A stretch of DNA of 64,000 nucleotides from Chiloscyllium plagiosum (GCF_004010195.1 NC_057718.1:69433098-69497097), one strand, 5' to 3'; shown: positions 49,214 to 62,698, counted from the stretch's first letter. The notes: generated by a model from the sequence alone, not told the origin. A program made the numbers and translations.

Positions 49214-50934
49214 CTATTGAAAAGCAAAATTGTATAAAATGAAAATGATATGCAATTGAGAATTTGAATTTCTGTAAATCAATGTAAAATATCACTTCCT
49301 ACTGATGATAGGCAGCTTGATAATTATTATCACTGCTGTACAATGTTCTATTGCAATTCCTTTGGATATTATTTTAGTAATGATATTAACTAATCACAAG
49401 TAGCTAAATACCTTAATAATGGAAATGGATTTTCATTTAGATGCTGTCAGAATTTAGATTTAGGTCACTTTGTAAGTTTAATGTGAAGCTAAATTCAACT
49501 AAATACACAAAGAAAACTTGATTCATTTACTAGGTCATCTACATGAAAACAAATCATTTTTGGAAAAGATAATGAAAATTCTTGTAAAATTCTTCTGTGA
49601 GAAAGTATTTATCACTTAGAAAGGATATATTCTTTTTCAAATTAAAGCCAAATGCTGGAAATGTAAATCCTTGGGTAGTCTTTCTGGATGAAGACCCTTC
49701 ATCAGCACTATATCATTAACTGTTTCTTTATTGATCTCAACTGATCCAATATTGACAGCACTTTCTGTTTTGAATCTAGCTTTATGCATTTGTGGTTTCC
49801 ATATATCTATGTGTGCTTATTCAATCTTAAAAGGAAATTCAAATTTTGTTGGTTGTCAGTGGCTCTTATGAATCTAATGCATCTATCAATTTCCCCATCT
49901 AAATTCAACTTTCTCCCAATTAATTACCTCTGCAGACAGATAAGGAAACAATTACAATTCACATAGTTACTTAATTTTAATGATTGAAAGAGTTTTTGAG
50001 CAGAAATAATATGCTGCTTTCACACCATTTGAAAACTAATTTGTAACCAAAATTTTAAAAATACTATAAATTGACTTTTTATTCTGTGACATATTATTAT
50101 CAGAGAAAGTGGCATTCATAGAGTGTGGTGGTCATGAAGTGCAATCTGTAGCTCTGGATTTGCCCTTGATTAATTTAATTGGAGAAGGAAACAGAGCAAC
50201 TATTTCTCGACTGATGCTTGAATGTGTGAAGATTACTCAGCATTGGAAACACTGATTTTATAAGAACCAAATTAATTTTAAAACATCCTTTCAATTAAGG
50301 AGATGCTGCATGTTATGTTCCAACACCTTAATTTCAAGAACACGAAGAAACACACTGTTAAATGTTTTGTTGTTGAAGTATTTCTAATTGCAATGTGTTC
50401 TGATCAATTCCAATATTGCCAAGAGGGCATTTTGGTTTAAATAGTCTGCATTGAAAAGGTACAATCTACAACTAAAATTGCTGAATACAGTATATTATTT
50501 TTCCTAATTATTGTATAGTATGCTGGATTAATTTAGTACATCAGCCTTTAGCACAGTGTTACTAAAGCACATTTTTCTCCTCGTTAGGAAAGCTTTGCTA
50601 CTATGGAAAAACAGACTTAAGTTCAACATTTCAACAATGCATCTAAGCAGAATAAAATGTACTTACACATTTTAACAACATAAGTTTTACTGATTGAATT
50701 ATTAAAATGTTGCAAAAAGCAATTTCTGTCAATTATCTTCAATTATTCTAGTATTGTAACAATAACGTAAGGTGATAAAATGGAGATGAATTTCTTAATT
50801 ATGTTCAGGAGAATATTCTTAGCAAGCACCTATGGAGGTGATGTAGCTGGATCTGGTTTGAGGGAATTAAGTGCATCATGACCACTGTATCGTCAATTTT
50901 TCTCACTGAGAGTCAGTGTGAAAGAGGAAATAGT

Positions 50935-51930
50935 TTAGAGTGAGGGACGAATCAGGAGAGCACGACAGGAATGAAGGGAGCAACAGACCAGGGCAGCATG
51001 ACACAGATGGAGGGAGCAATGGACTGGGAGAGCACAACAAAGGATGGAGGGAGCTAAGGACTGGGAGACCACGGCAGATTGCAAGGAAGCGATGACCTGG
51101 TAGGAAGTGATGGACTGGGAGGGTTTGGCGGAGCAGCAGGATAGGGAGAGGAGAGAGAGAGAGGGAGGGAAGAATTGGAGATAGAGAGAGAAGGATTGTG
51201 AGTGAGAGAGAGAGAAGATAAAAATAAAAGAGGATGAAAGAGGAAAATGTACGGTAGCGAGGGACTGAGAGATTGGAAGACTGAGAGCATGTAGGGGAAT
51301 TGGGGGGTTGGGTATGATCAAAAGAGTAAGACTTGAGGTTGAGAAATGGAGACGATATAAGCAGAGAAAGGTAATAAAGAGAGGAAATAGAAGTTTGGAT
51401 AAAAGATACAGGAAAATAGACTGTGCTGTAGTGAGAGAAATGCAGAGAGAGAGAATGAAATCCTCAGAAGAGACAGACAGAGAGACAGAGAGAGAGAGGG
51501 AAGAGAGAACACAAGCAAGCCTTTGTGGGTTGTGTTGATGGGAGAGGAGGAAAACATAGAATTAGAAACATAGAAAATAGGTGCAGGAGTAGGTCATTTG
51601 GCCCTTTGAGCCTGAACCACAAAACAGAGAAATAGGAAGAGATGGATTGAGGGAGTGGTGGAGAGCCAGAGAGAATGGTGATTATGAGTAGAGACAGAAA
51701 CCAGTGGTTGATGGAGAAATAGACTTACTAGGTGAAGGGGCAAAAGTAGATACAGTGGGTGTGGGTAGGAGAGAGAAGAGGATGCCTGTGGGTGGAAGAG
51801 ACAGATTGTGAGAGGAAAGGGGAGTTGGGAGGGTGTGGAGAATGGGTGGGAGGATTCATCAGGAGAGTTGGGGTGGTCAATAGGAAAGTGAAGAGAGGGA
51901 TTTGTAGAGATGTCTAGTGAGTGTCAAAGG
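50935..51930. repeat. ~1 kb purine-rich (GA) low-complexity tract
   Basis: Strong A/G bias on +, with (GA)n runs near 51146, 51204 and 51470-51510. Confidence 0.85.
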
Positions 51931-53156
51931 GCTAAAGGGGACTTCTGGGTTTTATTCCCAGCTGTTGGTTCAGTGATTCTAGGATTCTAGGAGTTGTCTT
52001 TACCAAAATGGCAGATTTTGCATTTCCATTGCAGAATATGCACTGACACACCAGTCTTTGGATTGCAATATTAGCCGTTTGTTTTAGGATTCTGAATGAG
52101 GTGAGACATAATAGAATTTCTATGGGTTTCTCACATCCCCACATCTAGTTAATGCTCCAAGACAGTTGAAGCAAGGGCCAGGATTGTGACTCTTCAACAT
52201 TTCAGAATCCAGCACAAACAAAGGGCTCGGATAGGGCAGGGCTGAAGACAGCATGAATGGGAAGAGAGCACCTGTGCACTTTTAATGGTGGAGTAAGGGC
52301 AAGAAAAATTAGGGTGGGAGAAACAGAAAAAGTGAGGCTCAACAGGCAGCAGCCATTTTAGGTAACTAATTGAGACAAAGGCACCTTGGATGCAAGAGGC
52401 TTTCTCTGTTCCACATAAAACTGTGACAACCATTTCTGCTTTGGTTGGGGCAGGGTACAGGATGATTGCAGCAATGATTAAATTTATGAGTGTCCCCAAA
52501 CCAGCACCTCACTGGAATCCTACTAGTGAAGGACAATCCAAATCCTGTTGGATAACTTTGCTGTTGCTGTTGATCACAGAGTTTTTAGGTCTTTTCATTT
52601 GTAACAGTCAACCTGACTGTTCGGTTGGTTCAATTCAGAATTTTAGTATTCTCATTAATCTCTGTATTACCCTTAAGTTAAAATTTGGTTTGCATCCAGA
52701 AGAACAAAACAAATTAGCTCTTTCTAAGCTTCACCTGAAATACAGTGATATCCTGGTTGAAGACAACATAGTTATGTCTTTGATCACCGATTCCAAAGTC
52801 AAGTTAAAGTACCAACATTTAATAACCAACAGTTTGTAGAGTGCAATTGACGGCTAAAATGGTGCCCTACCCCTGACTGTCACCATATTATTAAAATCCA
52901 TATCACAGCAGTGAGCTGGGCATGATATAATCTGCCCCATACCTTCTTGTGTGATCTTTGCAGTTAAGTACTGACTCCAACGCGGCATACAGGATTTGTG
53001 AATTCTACACAATACTAAATCATGGGCACATATGTACATTGTCAGGACAAATCAGAGACAAATATCATAAAGTTTACTTAAATAACAATTTGTCAAATGC
53101 TCTTAATTTGGAAAATTGTATTTATAATGGTTAACGAAATGCCTAGTGGTTCTTAC

Positions 53157-53558
53157 CTGTAGTCAAACTGTCAACAGTATCAGCAGAACCTAGAACAGGG
53201 TAACCAGCTTCGTTCAATCTTAGATAACTGGCTGTGGGATATGTAGGAATTACAGTAGTAGGTTTAGTTGTTAGTTCTGTTGTAGTTGGCTTTGGTGTAG
53301 TAGTTGGCTCCGGTGTGGTAGTTGGCTCCGGTGTGGTAGTTGGCTCCGGTGTGGTAGTTGTGGTTGTTGCAGCCGTGGTTTTAATTGTTGTGGTTGTAGG
53401 CGCAACTGTCGTTTTAAAGTGATGGATCAATCCAATGACGGGCTTTCCCCCGACTGACAAAACTGGCTTGCCTTTTGGGTCAACTAAAGGCTTACTGTCT
53501 CGTCCATGTCCAAACAAAGGTAAACCATCAGGACTCAGAATTGGAGTTCCTTTTTTAT
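53157..53558 (-). CDS. FNDC1: FNDC1 exon with Thr/Pro-rich mucin-like stretch
   Basis: Acceptor tttaaag|AT, donor ACA G|gtaaga, 402 nt, phase 1 to 1; DKKGTPILSPDGLPLFGHGR...GGKPVIGL...TTTPEPTTT. Confidence 0.93.
53280..53365 (-). repeat. Coding 18-bp tandem repeat (PEPTTT x3 plus PKPTTT)
   Basis: Unit gtagttggctccggtgtg repeated on the + strand. Confidence 0.9.
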
Positions 53559-55039
53559 CTTTAAAATTGGACAGAAAAATGTTAGTCAGTTTAGAGCAAA
53601 GTCTTAAAATCCTTTTTTCTCATTTTTCCTCGAGTAGCTCCTGCACAGGTTGATTGAAAATATCTACCAAAATACTGAAGGACTTTTCTGCTATGGTGAC
53701 AGTGTTTCGACCTCTGAGCCAGGAGACCTGGGCTCAAGTCACACCTGCTCCCAAGTGTCATCACATGTCTGCACAGGTTGATGAAACTAACTATCCAAAC
53801 ATTGAATGGGGGCTCTTTTGTGCAGTGGTAGTTTTCCTACCAAGAGCTAAGAGGGCAGGATTCATGACCCACCTGCTCCAGAGGTACGTAATAACATTTC
53901 TGAAAGGTCAATTAATAATATCTACTCAAGTACTGGATAAGGCTGTTGTGCAGTGGTAGTATCCACTACCCTGAGCCAGGAGGCTCAGATTTAAATCCTA
54001 TCTTGCGATTGTGTTGTAACATATCTGACCAGGTTGATTAAAAAAGATCTACCCAACTACTGATCTGCTCTTGAAGTCACAATATTTATATGACTGATCC
54101 AGTTAAATTTCTGTTCAATTCTTACCCCTAGGATGTTGATTATGGATTATGGCACTGCTAGACTTCATGTGAGAGATGGTTAGATTTTCATAAATTGGAG
54201 ATAACTTTTACCTAGCATTTGTATGAGTTTCTTTTGAGTGTTACTTGCTACTATCGTTCCAATCCTGAACATTATTCAGGATTTGCTGCATGAAGACAGA
54301 GGGTGCTTCATCATCTGAAGATTTGCAAATGATACTGAACAATAGCTAATCATCAGTGTATGTCCTTACTTCTCACCTTACTTTGGAACAAATGTTATTG
54401 ATGAAGCAGTTAAGTTTAGGACATTAATGTGAGGCACTCCTGCAGAGATGACCTTGGCCTGAGATGGTTTACTTCCAATAACTACAACCAATTACTTTTG
54501 TGCTAGGTATGATTCCATCCAATGGAGATTCTCTACCCATTCCCCCACCTGAATCAATTCCCATTGATTGAATTTTATTAGGGTTTCTTGATGCCACACT
54601 CAGTCAAATGTTATCTTGAAGTCCAAGATAATCATTCTCACCTCAACTGTGGAATTCAGTTTTTTTAATCATGTTGACCAAGACACTATTAAGGAAGTGA
54701 GGACTGCAGATGCTGGAGACCAGAGTTTTGGGCATTCCTGAAGAAGGGCTTATGCCCGAAATGTTGATTCCCCTGCTTCTCGGATGCTGCCTGACCTACT
54801 GCGCTTTTACAGCACCACACTTTTCAACTCAAGACACTATTGAGGCATGGAGTAAGTCTATGATATTGGCAAAACCAAATTCAGCAACAGCAAGCAGATT
54901 AGTTTGAGCTAGCGTTAATTGGTAATGTTTGATGACACCTTCCATCACACTGACTGATAATGGTCTGATGATGCAGTAATTGGTGGATGGATTGGCTATG
55001 CTTTCAGCAGACAGGACATACTAAAAGACGGCTAAACAC

Positions 55040-56595
55040 CAAGGGCCTGTCTGCACTGAAATTTAAGAAAATGAAATGGGTCTTATTTGAAACATAGAAG
55101 ATCCTGAGGGAGTGCTGAATGTTTTCCCTTGTAAGGTTGACTGGAATTAGGAGCAGAACAAAAATTAAGCATCTCCCAATTAAAATTGAGGTGTGGAGAA
55201 ATGTTTCTCTGGGGCTGTTAGTCTGTGGATTTTGTTCTGCAGAGATCAGTAGAAGCTGCATCTTTGAATATGTTCAGAGTTGAGTTGATACAATTTTGTT
55301 GAAGAAAGGAATCAAAGGTTACGTGAGGCAGTCAGGAAAGAGAACTCAGTTATAATCTTATTAAATGGTGGAATAGGCTTGAGAAGCTAAATGGCTAACT
55401 CTGACTTCACCTATTAACTTGCTATTGTCTATATCAATGATCTTTTCAGCCACGCAATCATCTGCCTTTTTCAGCGTTTCCTTGCATATAGTACTAAGAG
55501 TAATCCAGAGATTACTACATTGAAGGTTACTAGTTTTCTACTAAGCACCTAATTCTGATTACAGCATTACATCCCCTTCTTCCTGAAATCATTGATATCA
55601 CAACCTCAGGCCGTTCAACCCCTCCCAACTGAATGTCCTGCAGCTGTCCTGAGATATTCTGGACCCTGGCACCAGAGACACAACATTCCATCCAGGAGCT
55701 ACCTTGACAGTCGCAGAAATGCCTGATTGTTCCCCAAACTAGTAAATCCCCTATCACTTTTTCCTCACTCCTGTACAGCTGACCTACTTGTGATGCCACA
55801 AATCTGGCCCCGAGTGCACTCACCTGAAGAATCTGTGCTCTCATCAATTTCCAGAATGGAAAACTGATTTGTCAACTGGATTGAACTGACTGGCAGTCAC
55901 TGATTCCATTCCTCCCTCCAGGCTCTTAAACTGCACTGCAACCACTCTTGGCATCCATGTAACTCTCAGCCATGCAGATGTGCCACAAACCACTAGACAT
56001 CATTCAAGCTCTAAAACTTGGAGCTCAAGTTTCTGCAGTGCAATGCATTTCCTGCACATACAGTCATTGGTGACTCTGGTACGACCCCCGACTTCCTACA
56101 TATTACAGGCCACACATTCCACTCGAATGGCTTGTGCTGTCATATCTTAAATCTTTCTTAGTCTGAAACTTACTTCCATTCTGCTAACTTTACTCTACTT
56201 CCCTTACACTACTTTGCTTACTTACATTTCAAATCCAGTGCCGAATCTGATGCAGAATAGTTTTCCAATTTCTTGTACAGGTTTGGTACAATGGAATGGC
56301 TTGATCGATCATTTCAGAGGGTAGTTAAGAGCTAACCACATTGCTGTAGATCAAGAGGCACATATAGACTAGCTGATTTAGAACACAGAACATAGAACAG
56401 TACAGCAAAGAACAGGCCCTTCAGCCCACGATGTTGTGCCGACCATTGATCCTCATGTAAGGTAAACCTAATGTATGAACCCTCAAATTTTTGTGACCAT
56501 ATGCATGTCCAGCCGTCTCTTAAATATCCCCAATGACCTTGCTTCCACAACTGTTGCTGGCAATGCATTCCATGCTCTCTCAACTCTCTGCGAAG
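55040..56595. mobile_element. CR1 fragments incl. ORF1 esterase remnant (55510-56150, minus)
   Basis: VIGDLLVWGTIRHFCDCQGSSWMECCVSGARVQNIS resembles the CR1 ORF1 SGNH esterase; 3' UTR pieces at 55040-55400 (+) and 56380-56595 (-). Confidence 0.7.
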
Positions 56596-57039
56596 GTTAT
56601 TTCCCCAAAGGTTGTTAATGAAGCAGATTTTTAATGAAGCAGGTTTTTAATGTGAAATCAGTAACTTTATGGTTGCCATCATTGAAACTAGATTTTATTC
56701 TTAATTTTATTTAATTAATTCAATTAATCAATTCAACTTAAATTTCCCTAGCTGCTGTAGCAGGATTTAAATTTATGTCTCAGAAGGATTAATCGTAGTC
56801 TCTGGCTTATGAGTCACATTCCCAATGCTAAGTATCATATTGTAACCAGAACAGTGTATAATAAACAATTGACAATATAGAAATATCAAATACTTTAACT
56901 GCACAGGAAAATTCATAGGCAACCATTTTGTTTTGAGTGTCATGTAAAGAAATCTATTCAGTATCCAATGTTGATAAAGTAGTACTTTTCTTTATGCAAC
57001 CAAATGTATCTTAAAAGATTTGACTAGAATCGTACAAAC

Positions 57040-57151
57040 CTAGTATTGTATGTCCATCTGCTCCCAGTTGTATTGGGAGGGGTTTTCCATCTGTATCCTG
57101 GAGGATTTGTCCTTCAGGGTTCATCAATACTCCTCGATCAAAATCTACAAT
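57040..57151 (-). CDS. FNDC1: FNDC1 exon (IVDFDRGVLMNPEGQILQDTDGKPLPIQLGADGHTIL)
   Basis: Acceptor ttcaaaaag|ATT, donor CTA G|gtttgt, 112 nt, phase 0 to 1; preceded by a 137-nt intron. Confidence 0.92.
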
Positions 57152-57288
57152 CTTTTTGAAGATAGAAGCTCGTAAGTCACAGAAGCAACCCTCATCCAAT
57201 GAGCAGATTAAAATGCTTTTTAAAAGTGATTTGATTTTGACATTGCATTTGATATTTTCATAATCCAGTTGTACAAGGAATACTTTAC

Positions 57289-57398
57289 CCATTTAGTGTC
57301 TTGAGGTCCAGTGATGACCCTACGCCCAGTTGCCTTGTCATTACTATCTCTGCTGGGAGAAACCTTGCTCCCTGTTAAATTTGGTCTCCCAGACTTCC
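57289..57398 (-). CDS. FNDC1: FNDC1 exon (KSGRPNLTGSKV...GRRVITGPQDTKW)
   Basis: Acceptor ttgcag|GG, donor TGG|gtaaag, 110 nt, phase 1 to 0. Confidence 0.92.
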
Positions 57399-57969
57399 CT
57401 GCAATTTGATACAATATTTCAATCTGTAAATGAGTGATATCCATTTAAAATCTGTATTTAGACCTTGTTTAAAGTTTCTTAATAGTTAATTGAATTATTT
57501 TTAATCTTATATAAAATGTAAAATACATCTTGTTTATTTAACTGAACCTAATTTTACATGTTTTGAGAATATAGCAGATAGTGTTTGAAAATGTCCACCA
57601 TTCCCAGCTTTACTTGAATTGTGGTGACAATTCAGTTTCTGAGGTAATTCTGCACATAAAAATAGAAACATAGGAAGAGTATTGGGCCTTTCAGTTCTTT
57701 GAAAAAAACAATTGGGTCATGATTGATCTGTAGCATTACTCCATCTACAATATTTAGTTCTCTAACCCTCAATTTATTTGCCCAAGAAAACATCATCAAT
57801 CTTAGTTTTGAAACCCACAACTCGACTGTTTTGGACGAAGACTACCTTTAGCATGAAAATCTATCAGATATTACCCCTGATCAACCAAACTCTATAGAAG
57901 ATAAAATAATTCTCCAATTTTTCCATCTCCTTTGTATCTGTTCTGATGAAGTCACTTTTCAAATGGGGT

Positions 57970-60850
57970 CCTCGAAAACGCCTACCTTTCTCCACAATTG
58001 AGGATTTCCCACCACTGTGGTTTAGAGCGGCCTCAGATACATCCGACCCATTTCCTGCATTTCTAACCTCACCCCCTCTCTTCCCTCCCACAACACCGAA
58101 AGGTTCCCCTATTTCTCACTTTCAACCCCACTAGCATCCACATCCAAAGGATCATAAACCACTATTTTACCCACCTCAAGCAGGATCCTGGACAAATACC
58201 CTCCTCTCTTCCATTGTCAGCACTTTGCAGGGACCATTCTCTCTGGAAAATTCAGGTCCACTCCTCCTTCACTCTCAATCACTCTCCATATCCCCACTGC
58301 AATTCCCAGTTGCAGAAGATGCAACGATTGCCTGTTTACCTCCTCCCAGCTCACTATCCAAAGTTCCAGACCCACCTGCCAGGTGAAGTGATTTACCTGC
58401 ACTTCATTTAATCTAGGCAAAAGTGAGGACTGCAGATGCTGGACATTAAAGTCAAGAGAGTAGTACTGGAAAAGTACAGTAGGCCAGGCAGCATCCGAGG
58501 AGCAGGAAACGTTTCGGGCAAAAGCCTTTAATCAGGAATGAGGCTGAGACCCTAGGGGATGGAGAGATAAATGGGACGGGGGTGGGGCTGGGGGGAGGGA
58601 GCTGAGGGTGCAATAGGTGGATGGAGGGGGCAGTAAACGTGGAGCTGGTAAGGGAGTCGCGGAGGGAATGGTCTTTGTGGAAAGCAGATAGGGGTGGGGA
58701 AGGAAATATATCTCTGGTGGTAGGGTCCGTTTGTAGGTGGTGAAAATGGCGGAGGATGATGTGATGTGGTGGGGTGGAAGGTGAGGACCAGGGAGTTCTG
58801 TTCTTGTTACGGTTGGAGGGGTGGGGTTCGAGGGTAGAGGTGTGGGAAGTGGCTGAGATGCGTTGGAGGGCATCATCAACCATGTGGGAAAGGGAAATTG
58901 CAGTCTTTAAAGAAGAAGGCCATCCGGTGTGTTCTGTCATGGAACTGATCCTCCCCCTGGGAACATGCTGGGGCCCATGCGGGTGCCATGGCTACCACTT
59001 TCGTCTGGAGGAAGTGGGAGGATTTGAAGGAGAAATTGTTGAGAGTGAGGGCCAGTTCAGCCAAACGAATAAGAGTGTAGTGGAAAGGTACTGGTGGGGA
59101 CATCCGGAGAAGAAGAAACAGAGGGCTGGGAGGCCCTGGTCAAGGCGGATGCAGCAGAGACAAAGGAATTGGGAATAAGGGATAGCATTTTTGCATAGGA
59201 CAGGGTGGGAGGAGGTGTAATCCAGGTAGCTGTGGGAGTCGGCGGGTTTGTGGAAAATGTTACTGTTGAGTCATTCTCCGTCCATGGAGATGGAGAGGTC
59301 CAGGAAGGGGAGGGAGGTGTCGGAGATGGTCCAAATGAACTTAAGGTTGGGGTAGAATATGTTGGTGAAGTCGATGAACTGTTCAACTTGCTCATGGGAG
59401 CAAGAGGTGGCTCCGATGCAGTTATCAATGTACCAGAGGAAAAGATGGGGAGTGGTGCTGGTATAACTGTGGAAGATGGACTGTTCCACATCACCAACAA
59501 AATGACAGGCATTGCTGAGGCCCATGCGGATGCCATGGCTACCACTTTTGTCTGGAGGAAGTGGGAGGATTTGAAGGAGAAATTGTTGAGAGTGAGGGCC
59601 AGTTCAGCCAAACGAATAAAAGTGTAGTGGAAGGATACTGGTGGGGACATCCAGAGAAGAAGAAACAGAGGGCTGGGAGGCCCTGGTCAAGGCGGATGGA
59701 GGTGTAGAGGGACTGGATATCCATGGTGAAGATGAGGCGATGGAGGCCAGGGAAACAGAAGTCTTGGAGGAGGTGGAGGGTGTGGGTGGTGTCCTGAATG
59801 TACGTGGGGAATTCCTGGATTGGGGGCGGGGATAGGACAGTATTGAGGTCAGTGGAGATGAATTTGATGGGGCAGGAGCAGGCTGAGACGATAGGCGAGC
59901 CGGGGTAGTCAGGCTTGTGGGTCTTGGCTAGGAGGTAGAACCAAGCGGTGCGGGGTTCCCGAAATATGAGGTTGGAAGCTGTGGGTGGGAGATCCCCTGA
60001 GGTAATGAGGTTGTATGTGGTCTGGGAGATGATGGTTTGGTGATAGGAGGTGAGGTCGTGGTTGAGGGGGTGGTAGGAGGAGGTGTCTTCAATTTGGTGC
60101 AAGACTTCAGCAGTGTAAAGGCCAGTACGCCAAACTACCACTGCACCCCCTTTGTCCGTTCACTTAATCTAGTCTATTGTATTCACTGCTTACAATATGC
60201 TCTCCTCCACATATGGGAGTCGAAAAAACTACTAGGTGACCGCTTTGTGGAGAAGCCTATATTATCTGTAATTGACAAAATAGAAATAGCAAGATCATGT
60301 GAGATACAAAGATTAAGGTGACAGCCATGTGTAAAGGTTAGGGAATTTAACAAAGGAAACAATGAATTCAGGGAGAGAGATAATATGTTATGTCCACAAA
60401 GACAATCCCAAGCTTCCAGTTGCCTGCTACTTCAAACCACCATGTTTCCTGGCCAATATTACTGTCTTGAATCTGTTGTAATGCCCCAACGAGGCTCAGC
60501 ACAAGGTGGAGGTACAGCATCTCATTTTCCACTTGGGGTGCCTGAAACTTTAACTTTCAATAATTTTAGAATCTGACCACTTTTTCTATGTCTTTTACCC
60601 AGCCCACACCCTCTCACGACATGTGTTGCTTTCAGCATGACCAATCTGTTTTCACTTCGTGATTAGCTTCTCTTTCCCGGGCATACTAACATCCATTCCT
60701 TTGTCTGCCTAACTGTTATTGTGTCTCCCTGGACTTCATTACTACCTATCCACTCACTCCTTTCTCTTCTCTTCCTTTAACTCTGCTTTCAGTCCACAAA
60801 TGCTGCCAGGCCTGAGCTTCTCCAGCAATTAACTTTTGTTCCTGTTTTTA
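57970..60850 (+). mobile_element. Older plus-strand PLE (host of the nested insertion)
   Basis: Linker ends ...FTCTSFNL at 58416 and resumes SLNLVYCIHCLQYALLHIWESKKLLGDRFVE (GIY-YIG) after 60159. Confidence 0.7.
58417..60158 (-). mobile_element. Penelope-like element RT region (family A), nested in an older PLE
   Basis: Frameshifted RT motifs YLLAKTHKPDYPGSPIVSACSCP, FTMDIQSLYTSI, AMG, WYIDNCIG, LPFLDLSI; terminal repeat at 58419-58540; near-perfect TSD ttca(t/c)ttaatctag at 58403-58416 and 60159-60172. Confidence 0.9.
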
Positions 60851-61779
60851 AGATTTTAACGTTTCCCACTAATAGTTCACCACTATCTACTGCATTAAAC
60901 ACTTCAATCAGATTCTTTAATCCTCAATATTCATGGTTTGGAGTCTATTCTTGGGAATAGTCCATAGAGCTGTTGCATGTAAACCTTTTTTGCTCATACC
61001 TCAGGGCATGCAGGGTATATACAGCTCAGTACCAAGACTTATGCCTATAGTTGGTATCATAATGGCAAGCATGGGTAGCCTAGATCTTGTACCAACTAAC
61101 ATCATTGGGATGAGTTTTAGTTGTGTCACTTCAACAATGACCTTCACTTTCTGAGCTTAAATAATTGCTTATAATTTATGAGCTTCCCTTCCTGTGTCTA
61201 TTTATGTCATTCCCTGATCTGCTAAATTCTTGTTAAATTCTTCAATTACAATTGATTGATTGATAATTTTACAGAAAAGTTTTTTAACACGCAGATTAAC
61301 TATACAATTTGAAGAAGCAATAAAAGAGTGGAGACAAAATCCCAATAAAGATACTCTTTCAAACTCCTAAAGAAAACTACTTTGGTTGTTGGAGTTCTTA
61401 AAAAAATATACAGGAAATGCCAGAAACACTTTGGTCAAGCAGCATCTGTGGAACAAAAACATAAATTTCTGTCTCATGACATGGTTCATCCTACATCTAA
61501 GAAATCAAACACAGATTGGATCATTATTTTGTGAGCCCCTCTAGTAGTCTGAGAGTTCCCAGTTGTTTACATCTTTAATTCTTTAGCTATTCCCATGTCT
61601 CACCTCAACCTTCAACACTATTTCAGTGAAGCTTAACTTAAGTCCAAGGAACAGCACCTTATCTTCCTGTGAGACACTTTACTTGCTTCTGGCCTAAAAT
61701 CAAGCTTAAAACTTTAGATATTGTAGCTCCCCTTTTTTCAGACAATAAATGGAGAATGCTTGTATGATAACCATTGGGG

Positions 61780-62350
61780 GTTGTTGACTTGGAGCTTAAA
61801 TTTGAGATGTTTACAATTATAAAAATGATTTAGATGAAGGAACGGAAGGTATGGCTGCCAAATTTGCTGTTAACATAAAAATAGGTGGGAACGTAGGTTG
61901 TGAAGAGGATAGAAAGATGCTATAACATGATGTCGGGGAAATACTGTGCAGGCCAATCCTGTACCTTTTGGAATTCAGAAGAGTAAGTAGTAACTTGATT
62001 GAAATACAGGATCCAGCGAGGTTCTGACAGGGTGGATGCAGAGAGGATATTTTGTTTTGCAGGAGAATCTAAAACTAGGGGAACACTATTTAAAAAAATG
62101 AGGGGTCACATATTTAAAACAATTATTAGGCTAAATTTCTTCTTTCAGGGTTGAGTGCCTTGGTCCTCTCCCCCTGAAAACGTTGGTGGAAATAGAATCT
62201 TTGAATATTTTCAAAGGTAAAGGTAGATTGATTATTTCGAAGAAGTGAGTAAAAGATTATCAAGTGTCATCAGAAATGTGGATTTGAGGTTACAATCAGA
62301 TCAGCTGTGATCTTACTGGACAGCAGCACGGCTTTGAGGGTCCAAATGGA
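61780..62350 (+). mobile_element. Decayed CR1 3' fragment
   Basis: NDLDEGTEGMAAKFA and 3' UTR-like sequence. Confidence 0.65.
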
Positions 62351-62698
62351 GTTCAAATGTTATTTAGTTATGGAGTTATAAAACAAGGTGGTCTGCACTG
62401 CTAGGCTACAATTTGCACCAGATCTCTTTGCTAGATTTTCTTTGCATCCCTTATTAGCTATAAAGACTTAGATCTACACTGGTCCACGTTTGCTTTGTAA
62501 CTTGCACTTTTCACCTTGCACCATCATTCCTCATATCTTTAAATTATTTCTTACCTCCACCTATCACACACCTTGCCCTTTTGTTTCTTCCCTCACAGGT
62601 TACCAGTTTCCCTGGTACTGTTTATGTCCTCATGTAGATGCTGCCAGGCCTGTAGTGTGTTTCCAGAATATCCTGATTTTTATTTTGCACATACTCAC

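Noticed and set aside
49670..49710. Isolated minus-strand CTGATGAAGGGTC...GAAAG motif
   Set aside because: Stem II and cleavage triplet too decayed to call a ribozyme; probably an old PLE remnant.
50830..50905. Possible extra minus-strand exon
   Set aside because: Weak splice signals and no resemblance to FNDC1; the flanking exons join in frame without it.
50935..51557. Ser/Leu- and Arg/Glu-rich ORFs
   Set aside because: Products of GA low-complexity sequence.
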